A DNA stretch of 64,000 bases. Source: an uncultured Pseudomonadota bacterium. GTDB lineage: Bacteria > Bdellovibrionota_B > Oligoflexia > Oligoflexales > CAIYRB01. Below the pieces are notes generated by a model. The model searched no databases and was not told the DNA's origin. It worked only from the letters and a program-made list of their open reading frames with translations. Numbering within the stretch: position 1 is the first letter of the stretch; the number at the start of each line of letters is the position of its first letter. The DNA lies in contig CAIYRB010000076.1 in assembly GCA_903928445.1 (NCBI GenBank), positions 3,893 to 67,892 of the forward strand. Reading direction: 5' to 3'. Shown here piece after piece: positions 41,650-51,108 of the stretch. The translations under genes and the position numbers were made by a program.

Positions 41650-42414
41650 ATGGTGAATTTCTTGACGACAAAAATCTATGCGTCCATTGCAGTTCAGGTT
41701 TTGGTCCTCCAGGCCGTTGCCTGCGGTACAGTCAACAAGTTACCGGGTACCAACGGAGCAACGATAAACAACCGATCATCTTCGGGCGATCAGGATCCTA
41801 ACGGCTCCTCAGCAGCGCCGAGCGGTGATGCGCAAGTGAGCCGTCCCAGCAGCAATACTACGACTCAGTCCACGACCATCAGCGGCAATGGTACCACCCA
41901 GCCCGCGACTACCAGCGGCAGTCCTGGCGCCGGTATCGCTTCGGGACAAACACCAGGCGCAGGAGGACCCAGCGCACTTTCACTGTCGCCTGGGACGTCC
42001 CAAATCAACGCGGATGCGATCGCTCATTGCCTAGCTAGCTGGGGCGCTAATAATCCCTTCGGTCCCAACAAAACCACCGCTGATGCGACATTGGATGTTT
42101 CCGTGAAAGTCGGTAACATCAGCGCCCCGATTAATGACATCACCGTAACAGCCCAGCCCAGGCTCGTGTTGATTCCAGCGGTGGGCAGCATCGCTGGTAT
42201 AATGACCTATAATCTATTGAATCCCAACGGCTGGTACTGCTTGATGGCAGACGTGCATATTGGCAGTAGCGCGTGGATCAATATCAAATCCGGCGCGCAC
42301 TTGTCTGAAAACGGCGTCGACGTTTTGGTGGGCAAAGCCCATCCCTTAGGTGGCCTTGGCGGTGTCGTCAACGCTAATGTCGCTAGCCACGAGACCATTA
42401 ACGTGGTCCCTTAA
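41650..42414 (+). CDS. hypothetical lipoprotein with Ser/Thr/Gly linker and beta-rich C-terminal domain
   Basis: GAGGA RBS before ATG 41650, lipobox AVAC, long low-complexity linker, CLASWG..NPFG and LLNPNGWYC. Confidence 0.7.
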   Translation: MVNFLTTKIYASIAVQVLVLQAVACGTVNKLPGTNGATINNRSSSGDQDPNGSSAAPSGDAQVSRPSSNTTTQSTTISGNGTTQPATTSGSPGAGIASGQTPGAGGPSALSLSPGTSQINADAIAHCLASWGANNPFGPNKTTADATLDVSVKVGNISAPINDITVTAQPRLVLIPAVGSIAGIMTYNLLNPNGWYCLMADVHIGSSAWINIKSGAHLSENGVDVLVGKAHPLGGLGGVVNANVASHETINVVP

Positions 42415-42874
42415 AGTATCCGGGCCTATTCCCCATTTTGTGATAGGCGATTGCGGCCAGCATGGCGTTATAAAGGGCCTCCGTTCGTTCTGGCACCCTG
42501 CAGCCACAGCCGACTTAGGCATCCATGCCTCCATAGCTACATATCCGTTGAGTTTGGTATGTAGTTTGTGGAACTATTCGAAATATTCAAGTAGCTTCAG
42601 ACTATTGCTTAACTTAGTGCCATTGATTCCAGATTATCGAGCATCTCTATCAACGCTGCGTGCGTAAGTCCATCTATCTGGGCGCCGCTGGCTCGGTCAA
42701 CGAGAGTGTCCGGCTTGGAGCGATCATGTTTCCCAGTGTCATAAGCTACGAGGGAACGACTTTTCCCATGAGCAATAACTTTTTAGTGCAGATTCTTGCT
42801 AAACAGCTGCCTTAGTTGCGCCGGTGAAGATCATCGCCATTTAGTGTCGCCAACATGAAGTAAGAGGATTTGCG

Positions 42875-43843
42875 ATGAAACGTTCGTCTCGAAATGCCAC
42901 CCTGGCTACGACTTTGATTATCATGACGATCAGTTGTAAGACTCCATCAACTGTTAAGATACAAGCCGATGCATCGGCGACTCAGGACGCATCAACCTCC
43001 TATAAATGTGGACGGCCGTTGGTGGTAGCATGGGACGCACACAAAAAGACTAACTATTCCCAGCTCGATCAAAAAGCCGCATTCGCGGCCATTTCAAAGG
43101 AAAACATGAACGATCTGATCAAACTGGTCGGTCCCATGACCGCAGATGAGAAGATCCTCTATACCGCTTCTTTGAGCCTAAATCCTGTGCCCGTTGTCAA
43201 TCGCGGCTATTATGCAAATCTCAAGCGACTATTGACCTCCCAGGCTAAATCGATTGAAGCCCCCAATGCGCCAAGAGCCAAAGCTGCGGGGATCGAGCCA
43301 GCGATCACTCCTCAATCTGAGGATGAACTCTATGGCGCTCTGAACTGCGTGTTTGCGACCGTCGGTCCGCCTGATGGACGTACGCGCTACGGCGATGTCA
43401 TCTTCCGTTTCAAAAGCCGGGAGCCGGTGCCTGCCTTTGGTACCTTGCGAGCTGGCAATCCGTATATGTGGGGATCGCCAGGTAAAACGATGGCAGAATA
43501 TCAGTATGGCTATGTGCAAATGTTAGTAGCACCGGTTGACTGGGATGAGTGGTTTGCTTATGGCCTAGTCAAGCGACTCCGAGACAAGGGGGCGGCAAAG
43601 ACCAAGATGATCGCAGATCTTAACAAAATTCTGGAATCAACGCCGCTGACCAAGCGCAGACGTGACTTTTGGCAATATGTCTTCGATCAGCAGCTTGGTT
43701 ATCTCGAGGGCAAATATGAAAACACTGTCTCGATTGCGGCGATGGAGTCGATTGAGGTCGATGCATCGGTCATGAAAGACATAGCAGGATGGCAACTTCC
43801 GGCGAGCGTGATGGCACTTATTAAAGCGAAGACAGTGCCATAA
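42875..43843 (+). CDS. lipoprotein with putative ADP-ribosyltransferase-like fold
   Basis: GAGG RBS, lipobox TISC; motifs VVNR, EDELYG, VFATVG, YGDVIFRF, YLEG...VSI..MESIEV. Confidence 0.55.
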   Translation: MKRSSRNATLATTLIIMTISCKTPSTVKIQADASATQDASTSYKCGRPLVVAWDAHKKTNYSQLDQKAAFAAISKENMNDLIKLVGPMTADEKILYTASLSLNPVPVVNRGYYANLKRLLTSQAKSIEAPNAPRAKAAGIEPAITPQSEDELYGALNCVFATVGPPDGRTRYGDVIFRFKSREPVPAFGTLRAGNPYMWGSPGKTMAEYQYGYVQMLVAPVDWDEWFAYGLVKRLRDKGAAKTKMIADLNKILESTPLTKRRRDFWQYVFDQQLGYLEGKYENTVSIAAMESIEVDASVMKDIAGWQLPASVMALIKAKTVP

Positions 43844-43940
43844 AACTACCCTGTTCTGGTCCGGTGTCTTGGTAAGGTGCATCAAGGTCGTTTGCCGGGT
43901 ACCAAGTGATCCACTTCGCTTCGTGCAGACACCCGAGATC

Positions 43941-43976
43941 TCATCGCCTTCATCGCCTTCATCGCCTTCATCGCGT
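43941..43976. repeat. 9-bp tandem repeat (TCATCGCCT)x4, last unit degenerate
   Basis: Read directly from the sequence; intergenic. Confidence 0.85.
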
Positions 43977-44078
43977 AGCGATACGTACAGAGCAAAGGGC
44001 AAGCCCGTGGGGATGCGGCGGCGCGATGATACGCTCGGGGTCCACCGGCAACACCGAACCACGTCACATAGGTTTCTG

Positions 44079-44259
44079 TTAAGAGATCCGCAAACAATGC
44101 CGATAAGCCCCTTCGGATGTGGGCTACTTCAGCTGGCCCCATCGGAATTACTACAAGCCGCTGATTGTCTTGCCAATTTGAAAGAGTGAAACAAGCTATT
44201 ACTTTGTAATTAAGAAAATTATCGATATTCCTTAATTTCTTTTGAACCATTGCCGATAA
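44079..44259 (+). promoter_or_regulatory. two tandem putative sigma28-type promoters
   Basis: TTAA-N16-GCCGATAA at 44079-44106 and again at 44232-44259. Confidence 0.55.
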
Positions 44260-44290
44260 GGCGAGTGGATTACCGGCATCCAATATTTAG

Positions 44291-45127
44291 GTGGCAGCTA
44301 ACATGAGCAAAAAAGCCAAACATGGTTTAGATGATGTCATCGTGAAGCTTTTTCAGCCGCTTTATCGTCTTGGCCAGCCGCATGTGGACGGATTGGCACA
44401 CGTTGACCTTGATCGCCCTGCGCTGTTTGTCGCAAATCACACCGCTCTTGGTGTATTAGACATACCGTTTTTCTACATCGCCCTGCGGGAAAATACTGGC
44501 GTGCGTCTACGTGGACTAGCACACAAATTGGGCTTCAAATCGCCGGTAACCAGAGCGCTTTTGCATAGTCTGGGCGCCGTAGAGGGCACACGAGAAAACT
44601 GCCATGAACTCATGAAGACTGGTGAACATATCCTTGTGTTTCCCGGCGGCGGTCGCGAAGTCAGTAAGACCAAGGACCAGAAGTATCAGCTACTATGGCA
44701 AGAGCGAATAGGCTTTGTTAAAATGGCTGCAAGTCATGGCTATCCGATCATACCGCTTGCATCAGTGGGTGCTGAGGAATGTTACGACATTCGCTTAGAC
44801 CGCAACGATCTGCTGAAAACACCTATTGGATCCTGGATTAAACGTGTGGCTGATCGCTTTGACCACGTGATCAAATTCGACGAGATCCCGCCACTTCTGG
44901 TGACGGGATGGGGTGGCACTATTCTGCCCCGGCCTGAACGCTTTTATTTTAAGTTCATGCCGCCGATTGAGACGAAACATGTGTCGCCGGATGACGAGAT
45001 AGGCTGCCAGAAAATCAAGGCAGAAACTAAGCTAGCTCTCGAAGCCGGCATCGCTGATTTGTTGTCATTTCGAGAAAGTGACCCGCTGCGCAACCCGCTT
45101 GCGGCGAAGCTGCGCGCGCTGAAATAA
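44291..45127 (+). CDS. lysophospholipid/DGAT2-like acyltransferase (PlsC superfamily)
   Basis: FVANH....D, LVFPGGGRE, GFVKMA..GYPIIP...VGAEE. Confidence 0.88.
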   Translation: MAANMSKKAKHGLDDVIVKLFQPLYRLGQPHVDGLAHVDLDRPALFVANHTALGVLDIPFFYIALRENTGVRLRGLAHKLGFKSPVTRALLHSLGAVEGTRENCHELMKTGEHILVFPGGGREVSKTKDQKYQLLWQERIGFVKMAASHGYPIIPLASVGAEECYDIRLDRNDLLKTPIGSWIKRVADRFDHVIKFDEIPPLLVTGWGGTILPRPERFYFKFMPPIETKHVSPDDEIGCQKIKAETKLALEAGIADLLSFRESDPLRNPLAAKLRALK

Positions 45128-45404
45128 AAAATTTAGCAGATCTTTTGGTGGCCACTTTAGCGAAACGCTCTCACTGGTGGCCAACCACGGTCTATGCGCT
45201 GAGGCTCTAGGCGACCCAACAGGGGTGTCGGCTTTGTGCGCCGAATTGACGCGCATTGATTTACTGCGCTCTCTCGCCTATATTCTGCGTAAGAATGCTC
45301 GTCGAACGAAGTTCGTATCTTGTGTCTGTGTTCCTATCGCAGTGCCTTGAAAGGTTCATAGGCGCTAATCATAGGGGCAACTAATAGTCGAAAATGGAGA
45401 TGTT

Positions 45405-46286
45405 ATGAGGCAATTTGGTGTCTTGATCTTGTCCGCACTATCGGTTGGGACTGCGGCGCGCGCCGAGGATGCGGTTGATGCGTCGCGCGCGCAAGCATGC
45501 GTGGAGCTTAGTGCTGCCGAGGAGGCATGCGCTGCCCTCGAAGGGTGCCAGTGGCTAGCTAGCGGCGATGGCTATACATCGTGTGTCGATGTGGCGATTG
45601 ACGCTGATGCTACGGCTATGCCCTACGCCGCTTTTGGGACTGACGAGGAGTTCCGTCCCGGTGGAGGAGGTGGTCCAGGACGCGGTGGACCCGGCGGTCC
45701 TGGACGTGGCGGTCCTGGACGTGGCGGTCCTGGACGTGGTGGTCCTGGTGGACCTGGCGGACCTGGACACGGCGGACCTGGTTGGCCGGGCGGACCTGGA
45801 CACGGCGGACCTGGTTGGCCGGGTGGACCCGGACACGGCGGACCTGGTTGGCCGGGTGGACCCGGACACGGCGGACCCGGTGGGGGACGTCCATTCCCAG
45901 TGCCCGTGCCGATTCCAGTGCCGATTCCAGTGCCACGTCCTTATCCTGTGCCATACCCACAACCTGCTCCATATCCGCAGCCGGCACCTTATCCACAGCC
46001 GGCACCTTATCCACAGCCAGCACCGTCTGTGTGGTGTGATCCGTCAACCAACCAGTGTTTCCCCTATTGTACGAACGGTAGCAACAACGGTAATGGCTGG
46101 GGTTACCAACCTGAGCTTGGCGGTCCAGGCGGTTCGTGCAAGGTGCCTGAGTACCCAACTAGCTGGTGCGACGAAGCGAATGGGATCTGCTATCCATACT
46201 GCACAAACGGTAGCAACAACGGCAACGGCTGGGGTTACCAGCCGGAGCTAGGTGGTCCAAATGGCAGCTGCAAGGTTGGGTACTGA
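45405..46286 (+). CDS. secreted Gly/Pro-rich repeat protein with two CBM10-like Cys modules
   Basis: Signal peptide ending AARA; GGPGR, GGPGWPGGPGH and YPQPAP repeats; duplicated PYCTNGSNNGNGWGYQPELGGPxGSC. Confidence 0.75.
   Translation: MRQFGVLILSALSVGTAARAEDAVDASRAQACVELSAAEEACAALEGCQWLASGDGYTSCVDVAIDADATAMPYAAFGTDEEFRPGGGGGPGRGGPGGPGRGGPGRGGPGRGGPGGPGGPGHGGPGWPGGPGHGGPGWPGGPGHGGPGWPGGPGHGGPGGGRPFPVPVPIPVPIPVPRPYPVPYPQPAPYPQPAPYPQPAPYPQPAPSVWCDPSTNQCFPYCTNGSNNGNGWGYQPELGGPGGSCKVPEYPTSWCDEANGICYPYCTNGSNNGNGWGYQPELGGPNGSCKVGY
45661..46022 (+). repeat. coding tandem repeats (15-nt GGPGR, 33-nt GGPGWPGGPGH, 12-nt PVPI, 18-nt YPQPAP units)
   Basis: Seen directly in DNA and protein. Confidence 0.85.
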
Positions 46287-46313
46287 ACGTCGGTTGCTGA
46301 CCAGTCCGCGGCA

Positions 46314-46334
46314 TCGGCATAGTGATCTATGCCG
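46314..46334 (+). terminator. hairpin downstream of the Gly/Pro-rich gene
   Basis: CGGCATAG-TGAT-CTATGCCG; no U-tract. Confidence 0.35.
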
Positions 46335-46604
46335 CGGCGCAGCCTGGTAGCAAGCACAGGTGGCGATCGTTTATGTGGCGGGACAAGGCGAGGATTTTGA
46401 TCCTGCTTGTCCCGCCAGCCGTTGTAGCTTGTTGTTTACTAAATAAAGATCATTAATAGCGCGGCTTAAACTTTTCGGTCCGACACCTGGTCCCCCCAGG
46501 GTCTGGTCGGCGCAGCTGAATGTTGCTACGATATCGGTAGCGTATCCCGATGATCTAGCAATAAAATTCCAGCCATGCTGGCAGCCTGAGCGGAAGGTTA
46601 ACCG

Positions 46605-47588
46605 ATGGGGTTCTCCATCATCATCCCGGTGAAGGAGATCAATCACTACATCATGAGCTGTGTGCCGATCACCTTGGAGTTGGACTATCCGGACTTTGAG
46701 GTCCTGATTGTGCCAAATGAACTTCCTGTTGGTGAGCTGCCCGAGTTCTTGCGCGACCCCCGCATAAGACTGATCGCATCTGGACGCGTCAGTCCAGCTG
46801 TAAAGCGTGATCTTGGAGCAGCCGCTAGCCGTCACGAGTTTTTGGCCTTTCTCGATGACGATGCCTACCCGGCCAAGGACTGGCTGGACGTGGCGGCAAG
46901 CTATTTTAAAAAGGAAGGGGTAGAGGCCCTTGGCGGTCCGGCGATGACGCCAGTGGGGAGTTCGCTTGGCGAGCAGGCCTCTGGTCTCTTTTATGAGACT
47001 AAAGTTGGCGGCGGTGGATTGGTATTTCGCTACCGTCCAGTTGGCGAGCCCTTCCTGGTCGATGACTATCCGACGGTAAATCTATTGGTGAGCAAGGCAG
47101 CCTTCAATCAGGTTGGCGGCTTTGATAATGACTACTGGCCGGGTGAAGACACTAAATTTTGCTTGGATTTAGTCAAAGCGGGTGGACGGATTCTCTATGT
47201 CCCGGAGCTACTGGTGTGGCATCACCGGCGGGCCTTGTTGCGGCCGCATTTAAGGCAGGTGGGCGGTTACGGTCGCCACCGCGGGTATTTTGTTAAAGCC
47301 TTCCCGGAGACGTCGCTGCGAGTGACCTACTTTGTACCAAGCTTGTTTCTCCTCGGCAACATTGCCGGAGCCCTACTCTCGATCTGGTCGTCCACTTTGC
47401 TGGTCGCCTGGATGAGTCTCCTTGGCTGCTATTTACTAGCTTGCCTGGTCGATAGCTTCCTTCGTGCTAGGAAATTGGGCCTAAGCCTCTTGACCACTGT
47501 AGTGATTCTGACCTCGCACCTGACTTATGGGTGGATGTTTATTCGTGGGCTTTGCTCATCGTCGCACTTTAAAAGCCAGCTGCGCTAA
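46605..47588 (+). CDS. glycosyltransferase family 2 with C-terminal TM helices
   Basis: FSIIIP, FLDDD, GGF....GED, three C-terminal TMs. Confidence 0.9.
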   Translation: MGFSIIIPVKEINHYIMSCVPITLELDYPDFEVLIVPNELPVGELPEFLRDPRIRLIASGRVSPAVKRDLGAAASRHEFLAFLDDDAYPAKDWLDVAASYFKKEGVEALGGPAMTPVGSSLGEQASGLFYETKVGGGGLVFRYRPVGEPFLVDDYPTVNLLVSKAAFNQVGGFDNDYWPGEDTKFCLDLVKAGGRILYVPELLVWHHRRALLRPHLRQVGGYGRHRGYFVKAFPETSLRVTYFVPSLFLLGNIAGALLSIWSSTLLVAWMSLLGCYLLACLVDSFLRARKLGLSLLTTVVILTSHLTYGWMFIRGLCSSSHFKSQLR

Positions 47589-47597
47589 GGAGGATTT

Positions 47598-48248
47598 GTG
47601 CCTAGAGGTCTTCACCGAGTGCTCGGAGTGCACCATTTGACCAACGATACGTTCTCGCTACGCTTAGCTCGTGACGGTGTCGATTTTGTGCCGGGTCAGT
47701 GTTTCAATATTGGCTTACCAAAGACGGCGGTAAACCGCGAGTATTCATCGTACTCAGGCTGCAATGAGGAGGAATTACAGTTTCTGATTCGCAACGTCGA
47801 CGGTGGTGAGGTCAGTCCCAAGTTGCGCCAGGTCAAAGCTGGTGAATTCATCGAGGTCGATGGTGCTTATGGATTGTTTGTCATCGATCCGAGTTTAATC
47901 GCATCGACGCAATTCTGTTTTATTGCAACGGGGACTGGGATTGCTCCGTTTCATTGCTTTGTCAAATCATACCCGGGGCTGAAGTACCGGATCGTTCACG
48001 GTACAAGGTATGCTACAGAAGCCTACAATCGGACTGACTATGCACCTGGATGCTTGGTGAATTGCACTACAAGAGACGACAAGGGTGACTTTCATGGTCG
48101 TGTCACCGACTACCTAGTGACCCAGGACCTGATGGTAGCCACCTATTACTACCTTTGTGGCAACCGCAATATGATCAACGACGTTTACGACATCCTCCGG
48201 GCTAAGGATATCTCGAGTTCGCAAATCATTACCGAAGTCTTTTTCTAA
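47598..48248 (+). CDS. ferredoxin/flavodoxin-NADP+ reductase-like FAD oxidoreductase
   Basis: F.PGQ, REYS, GEVS, IATGTGIAPF, GRVT, YLCG...M, terminal EVFF; AGGAGG RBS. Confidence 0.9.
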   Translation: MPRGLHRVLGVHHLTNDTFSLRLARDGVDFVPGQCFNIGLPKTAVNREYSSYSGCNEEELQFLIRNVDGGEVSPKLRQVKAGEFIEVDGAYGLFVIDPSLIASTQFCFIATGTGIAPFHCFVKSYPGLKYRIVHGTRYATEAYNRTDYAPGCLVNCTTRDDKGDFHGRVTDYLVTQDLMVATYYYLCGNRNMINDVYDILRAKDISSSQIITEVFF

Positions 48249-48258
48249 AGGGACGCCG

Positions 48259-49770
48259 ATGAAAGTTGCCATTTCCTATCCGCCTATTGTCAATCGTCAC
48301 GGTCAAAAGGCGATGGTGTCGCAAAACCGCAATGTTCAATTTTTCAAGGCACCGACCTATCTACTTCCAGTGGTTCACGCACAAGCAGGGACCTGGCTCA
48401 AGCAGTTGGGGCATGAGCTGCTTTGGGATGATGGTAATGCCCAGTTAAAGAGCTATGAGCAGTGGTTTGCTGATCTAGTCGCCGCCAGGCCCGATGTCGT
48501 CGTCTTCGAGAGCACAACTCCGGTGATGAAGTTCTATTGGCGGGTCACGAGTGAGCTGAAGGCCAAGCTTCCAGACACGGTCTTTATCATGACCGGCTAT
48601 CATTCGATGCGAAAGCCAGAAGAAACCTGTGAAAACTCAGCTACCGATGTGGTTTTGCGCAGTAACCATGTCGACTTTGTGCTGTCTAAGCTCATTCCGA
48701 TCATCGCGTCTGATAAGGATTGGCGGACTCATTGTAAGATCGAGGGTCTGGTGATTCGTATGGCGGACGGTACGCTCAGGTCGACCGGCCACTTCCGGCA
48801 GGTTGAGCCCTTGGAGAAATCACCAGTCGTTGACCGGGACTTAGTGCAGTGGCGCAATTACGCTTTGGAGAACGGCAATTTTCTCCAACTACCGGGCACC
48901 TACGCGACCAGTGTGATCCGTGACTGTATGTTCGGCAAGTGCACGTTCTGTCGCTATAATGGACCTGATTTGACGTTTTCCATGCTGCCGGTGCAGCGCA
49001 GCCTCGATGAATACGAGCGCTTGATCAATGACTACGGCGTCAAGGAAATCTTTGATGACTCGGGAGTCTGGTACCGTGGCAAGGAGGCTCGCGAATTTGC
49101 CCAAGGCATCATCGACCGAGGCTTGCATAAGCGCGGCTGCTATTTTGGCTTTAATACGCGCTTTGAATACCTTGATGAAGAGACTATCAAGCTGCTCGCT
49201 GCGGCGAATTTTCGCTTTGTCCTCATCGGTCTTGAGGCTGCCGACGATGAGACCTTGCAGAGACTCAAAAAGGGGTATCAGCTGCAGCATGTCGAGCGTA
49301 GTCTGAAATGGATGAGCCAGTACGGCTTACATCCGCATTTGACCATCATGGTCGGCTACTATTGGCAGACGCGGCAGCAGCTAGACGGAACGGTGCAATT
49401 TGTTAAGTCACTGATGTATCAAGGCTTGGCCAGAACGCTGCAGGTGACCTTGTGTACGCCACTCGATTTCACGCCCTATCATCAAGAGTGCATCGATCAA
49501 AAGGTGCTTTTGACCGAGGACTATGATGACCACGACATGAGCAAGCTCATTGTGAAGACGCCACTACCACATGCCGAATATTATAAGGCTGTTCGCGAGA
49601 TGTATGGAATAGCATTTAGTCCGCAATTCATTTTGCGACAGGTCCGCTATTTGCTGACTGGACGAACAAGAGATTGGCAGTTTCTCTTTACCTATGGCTG
49701 GCGCGCAATTCGGCGGGTCAGAAATCACATCTTCAATTTGACCAGGCATGAGAACACGATATCAGGCTAG
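48259..49770 (+). CDS. cobalamin-binding radical SAM enzyme
   Basis: N-terminal B12-binding-like domain (PDVVVFESTTP...GYH), CMFGKCTFC cluster motif, IFDD, IGLE. Confidence 0.85.
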   Translation: MKVAISYPPIVNRHGQKAMVSQNRNVQFFKAPTYLLPVVHAQAGTWLKQLGHELLWDDGNAQLKSYEQWFADLVAARPDVVVFESTTPVMKFYWRVTSELKAKLPDTVFIMTGYHSMRKPEETCENSATDVVLRSNHVDFVLSKLIPIIASDKDWRTHCKIEGLVIRMADGTLRSTGHFRQVEPLEKSPVVDRDLVQWRNYALENGNFLQLPGTYATSVIRDCMFGKCTFCRYNGPDLTFSMLPVQRSLDEYERLINDYGVKEIFDDSGVWYRGKEAREFAQGIIDRGLHKRGCYFGFNTRFEYLDEETIKLLAAANFRFVLIGLEAADDETLQRLKKGYQLQHVERSLKWMSQYGLHPHLTIMVGYYWQTRQQLDGTVQFVKSLMYQGLARTLQVTLCTPLDFTPYHQECIDQKVLLTEDYDDHDMSKLIVKTPLPHAEYYKAVREMYGIAFSPQFILRQVRYLLTGRTRDWQFLFTYGWRAIRRVRNHIFNLTRHENTISG

Positions 49771-49777
49771 GTGCCGA

Positions 49778-50656
49778 TTAAGCTGCAAATTGATCGGTAT
49801 CACTACCTTTGTCTTTGCTCGAAAATGGATTTACGCTCGACGGTGGCAGGCGCTTAAGACGCAGATAGAGCCTTAATGTGTCTAGAATGACGGAAACTCC
49901 GACGCGAAAGATGTGGATCATCTCAACAAAAAACGGCCTAGAGTTGCTGTGAAAGTAATCTAGCCGCACCGGCGCTTCGAGGATGCGGCGAAAGCCGCGT
50001 AAACGTGCCAATGCCAGTATCTCTAGGTCGGCACCGTAGCGATCGACTGTCAGGTCTGGAAGCACTGCGTCGATGACGGCCTTTTTAAACAGCTTGAGGC
50101 CGACTTGGGTGTCTGTGACGTTCATGTCGAAGAGATACTTAACGAGCTGTTGGTAGCAAGCGCTCAAAACACGGCGGACGCGGGGATAGTCGATTCGCGA
50201 TTGTGGATGGCGCTTGGATGCGACGACGATATCACTGTCGTAAAGCGCCATCAGGCCAAGGAAGATGCGGATTTCACGTGGGTGAAGTTCCATGCCGCCG
50301 TCGATAAAAAAGACATAATCGCCGCTGGCCTCTTTGAAACCACTGCGAACTGCATAACCTTTGCCGTGATTTTCGTCGTAGATGATTGGGCGGACGTTGG
50401 GGTGTTTGTAGCTTCGTAAGACCGCAGCGGTGGCATCGGTGCTGCCGTCGCTGATCACCAGGATCTCAAACGACGAGAAATATGGACTGATTTCGCCGAT
50501 TAGCATTTCTAAATTTGGCTTTATGGCCGCTGCTTCATTGAAAACAGGGACGATGACCGATAGGTTTAACTCGCGCAAGGATGCAAAGACATCGGTGTGC
50601 TGTTGCTTTTGGATAGGTTTTTCGGCGACCATGAGCTGACCTCCAACCCCACACAT
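49778..50656 (-). CDS. GT2 polyprenol-phosphate glycosyltransferase (DPM1/Alg5-like)
   Basis: SVIVPVFNE, DGSTD, NHGKG.AV, DIVVAS, TDTQVGLK. Confidence 0.88.
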   Translation of the reverse strand: MCGVGGQLMVAEKPIQKQQHTDVFASLRELNLSVIVPVFNEAAAIKPNLEMLIGEISPYFSSFEILVISDGSTDATAAVLRSYKHPNVRPIIYDENHGKGYAVRSGFKEASGDYVFFIDGGMELHPREIRIFLGLMALYDSDIVVASKRHPQSRIDYPRVRRVLSACYQQLVKYLFDMNVTDTQVGLKLFKKAVIDAVLPDLTVDRYGADLEILALARLRGFRRILEAPVRLDYFHSNSRPFFVEMIHIFRVGVSVILDTLRLYLRLKRLPPSSVNPFSSKDKGSDTDQFAA

Positions 50657-51108
50657 CTATCTTAGCGGCATAAAGATCCGATGACTTGAGAGCGTGCGAC
50701 CGGAACTTTTTTGGTGCACTCGGTAAGGATTGGTATTTTGTGCGTAGAAAAAGCGGGCTCATAGGGTCGCGGTCGATATACGACCCCATTGCATACGAGC
50801 AGCCCTAACTCGCTAAATGGACAAGTTTAGCGCCGAATGTTTTGGATTATCTTCATTTTGGGGTCGGTCAGTTAGAGAGCAAAAGAGCCGCTGCGAACGT
50901 TCCAGACGGATGGATGCAGTCGCCTGGGTGATGCCAGCTTTGGCGGCCAAGCGGCGGACGAGTCGACCGGGTTTGCCGTCTTGGCGCTTTCTGGCTACAC
51001 TTAGATGAGTATCGGTGCGTCCGGCATCCGCCGGATTGGTCCTGACCCTACCTGCCGTTTTCTCGCTCGCCAAGCCAAACACTGCTCAGATTTAAGCTTT
51101 AGAAAGAC

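Noticed and set aside
45661-46022. CRISPR array or collagen-like repeat
   Set aside because: Repeats are contiguous in-frame coding units without unique spacers, not Gly-X-Y periodic, and no cas genes are present
50660-51108. ncRNA or riboswitch in the divergent spacer
   Set aside because: Only short hairpins (e.g. GGGTCG...CGACCC) and unconvincing ORFs; no family motif recognised
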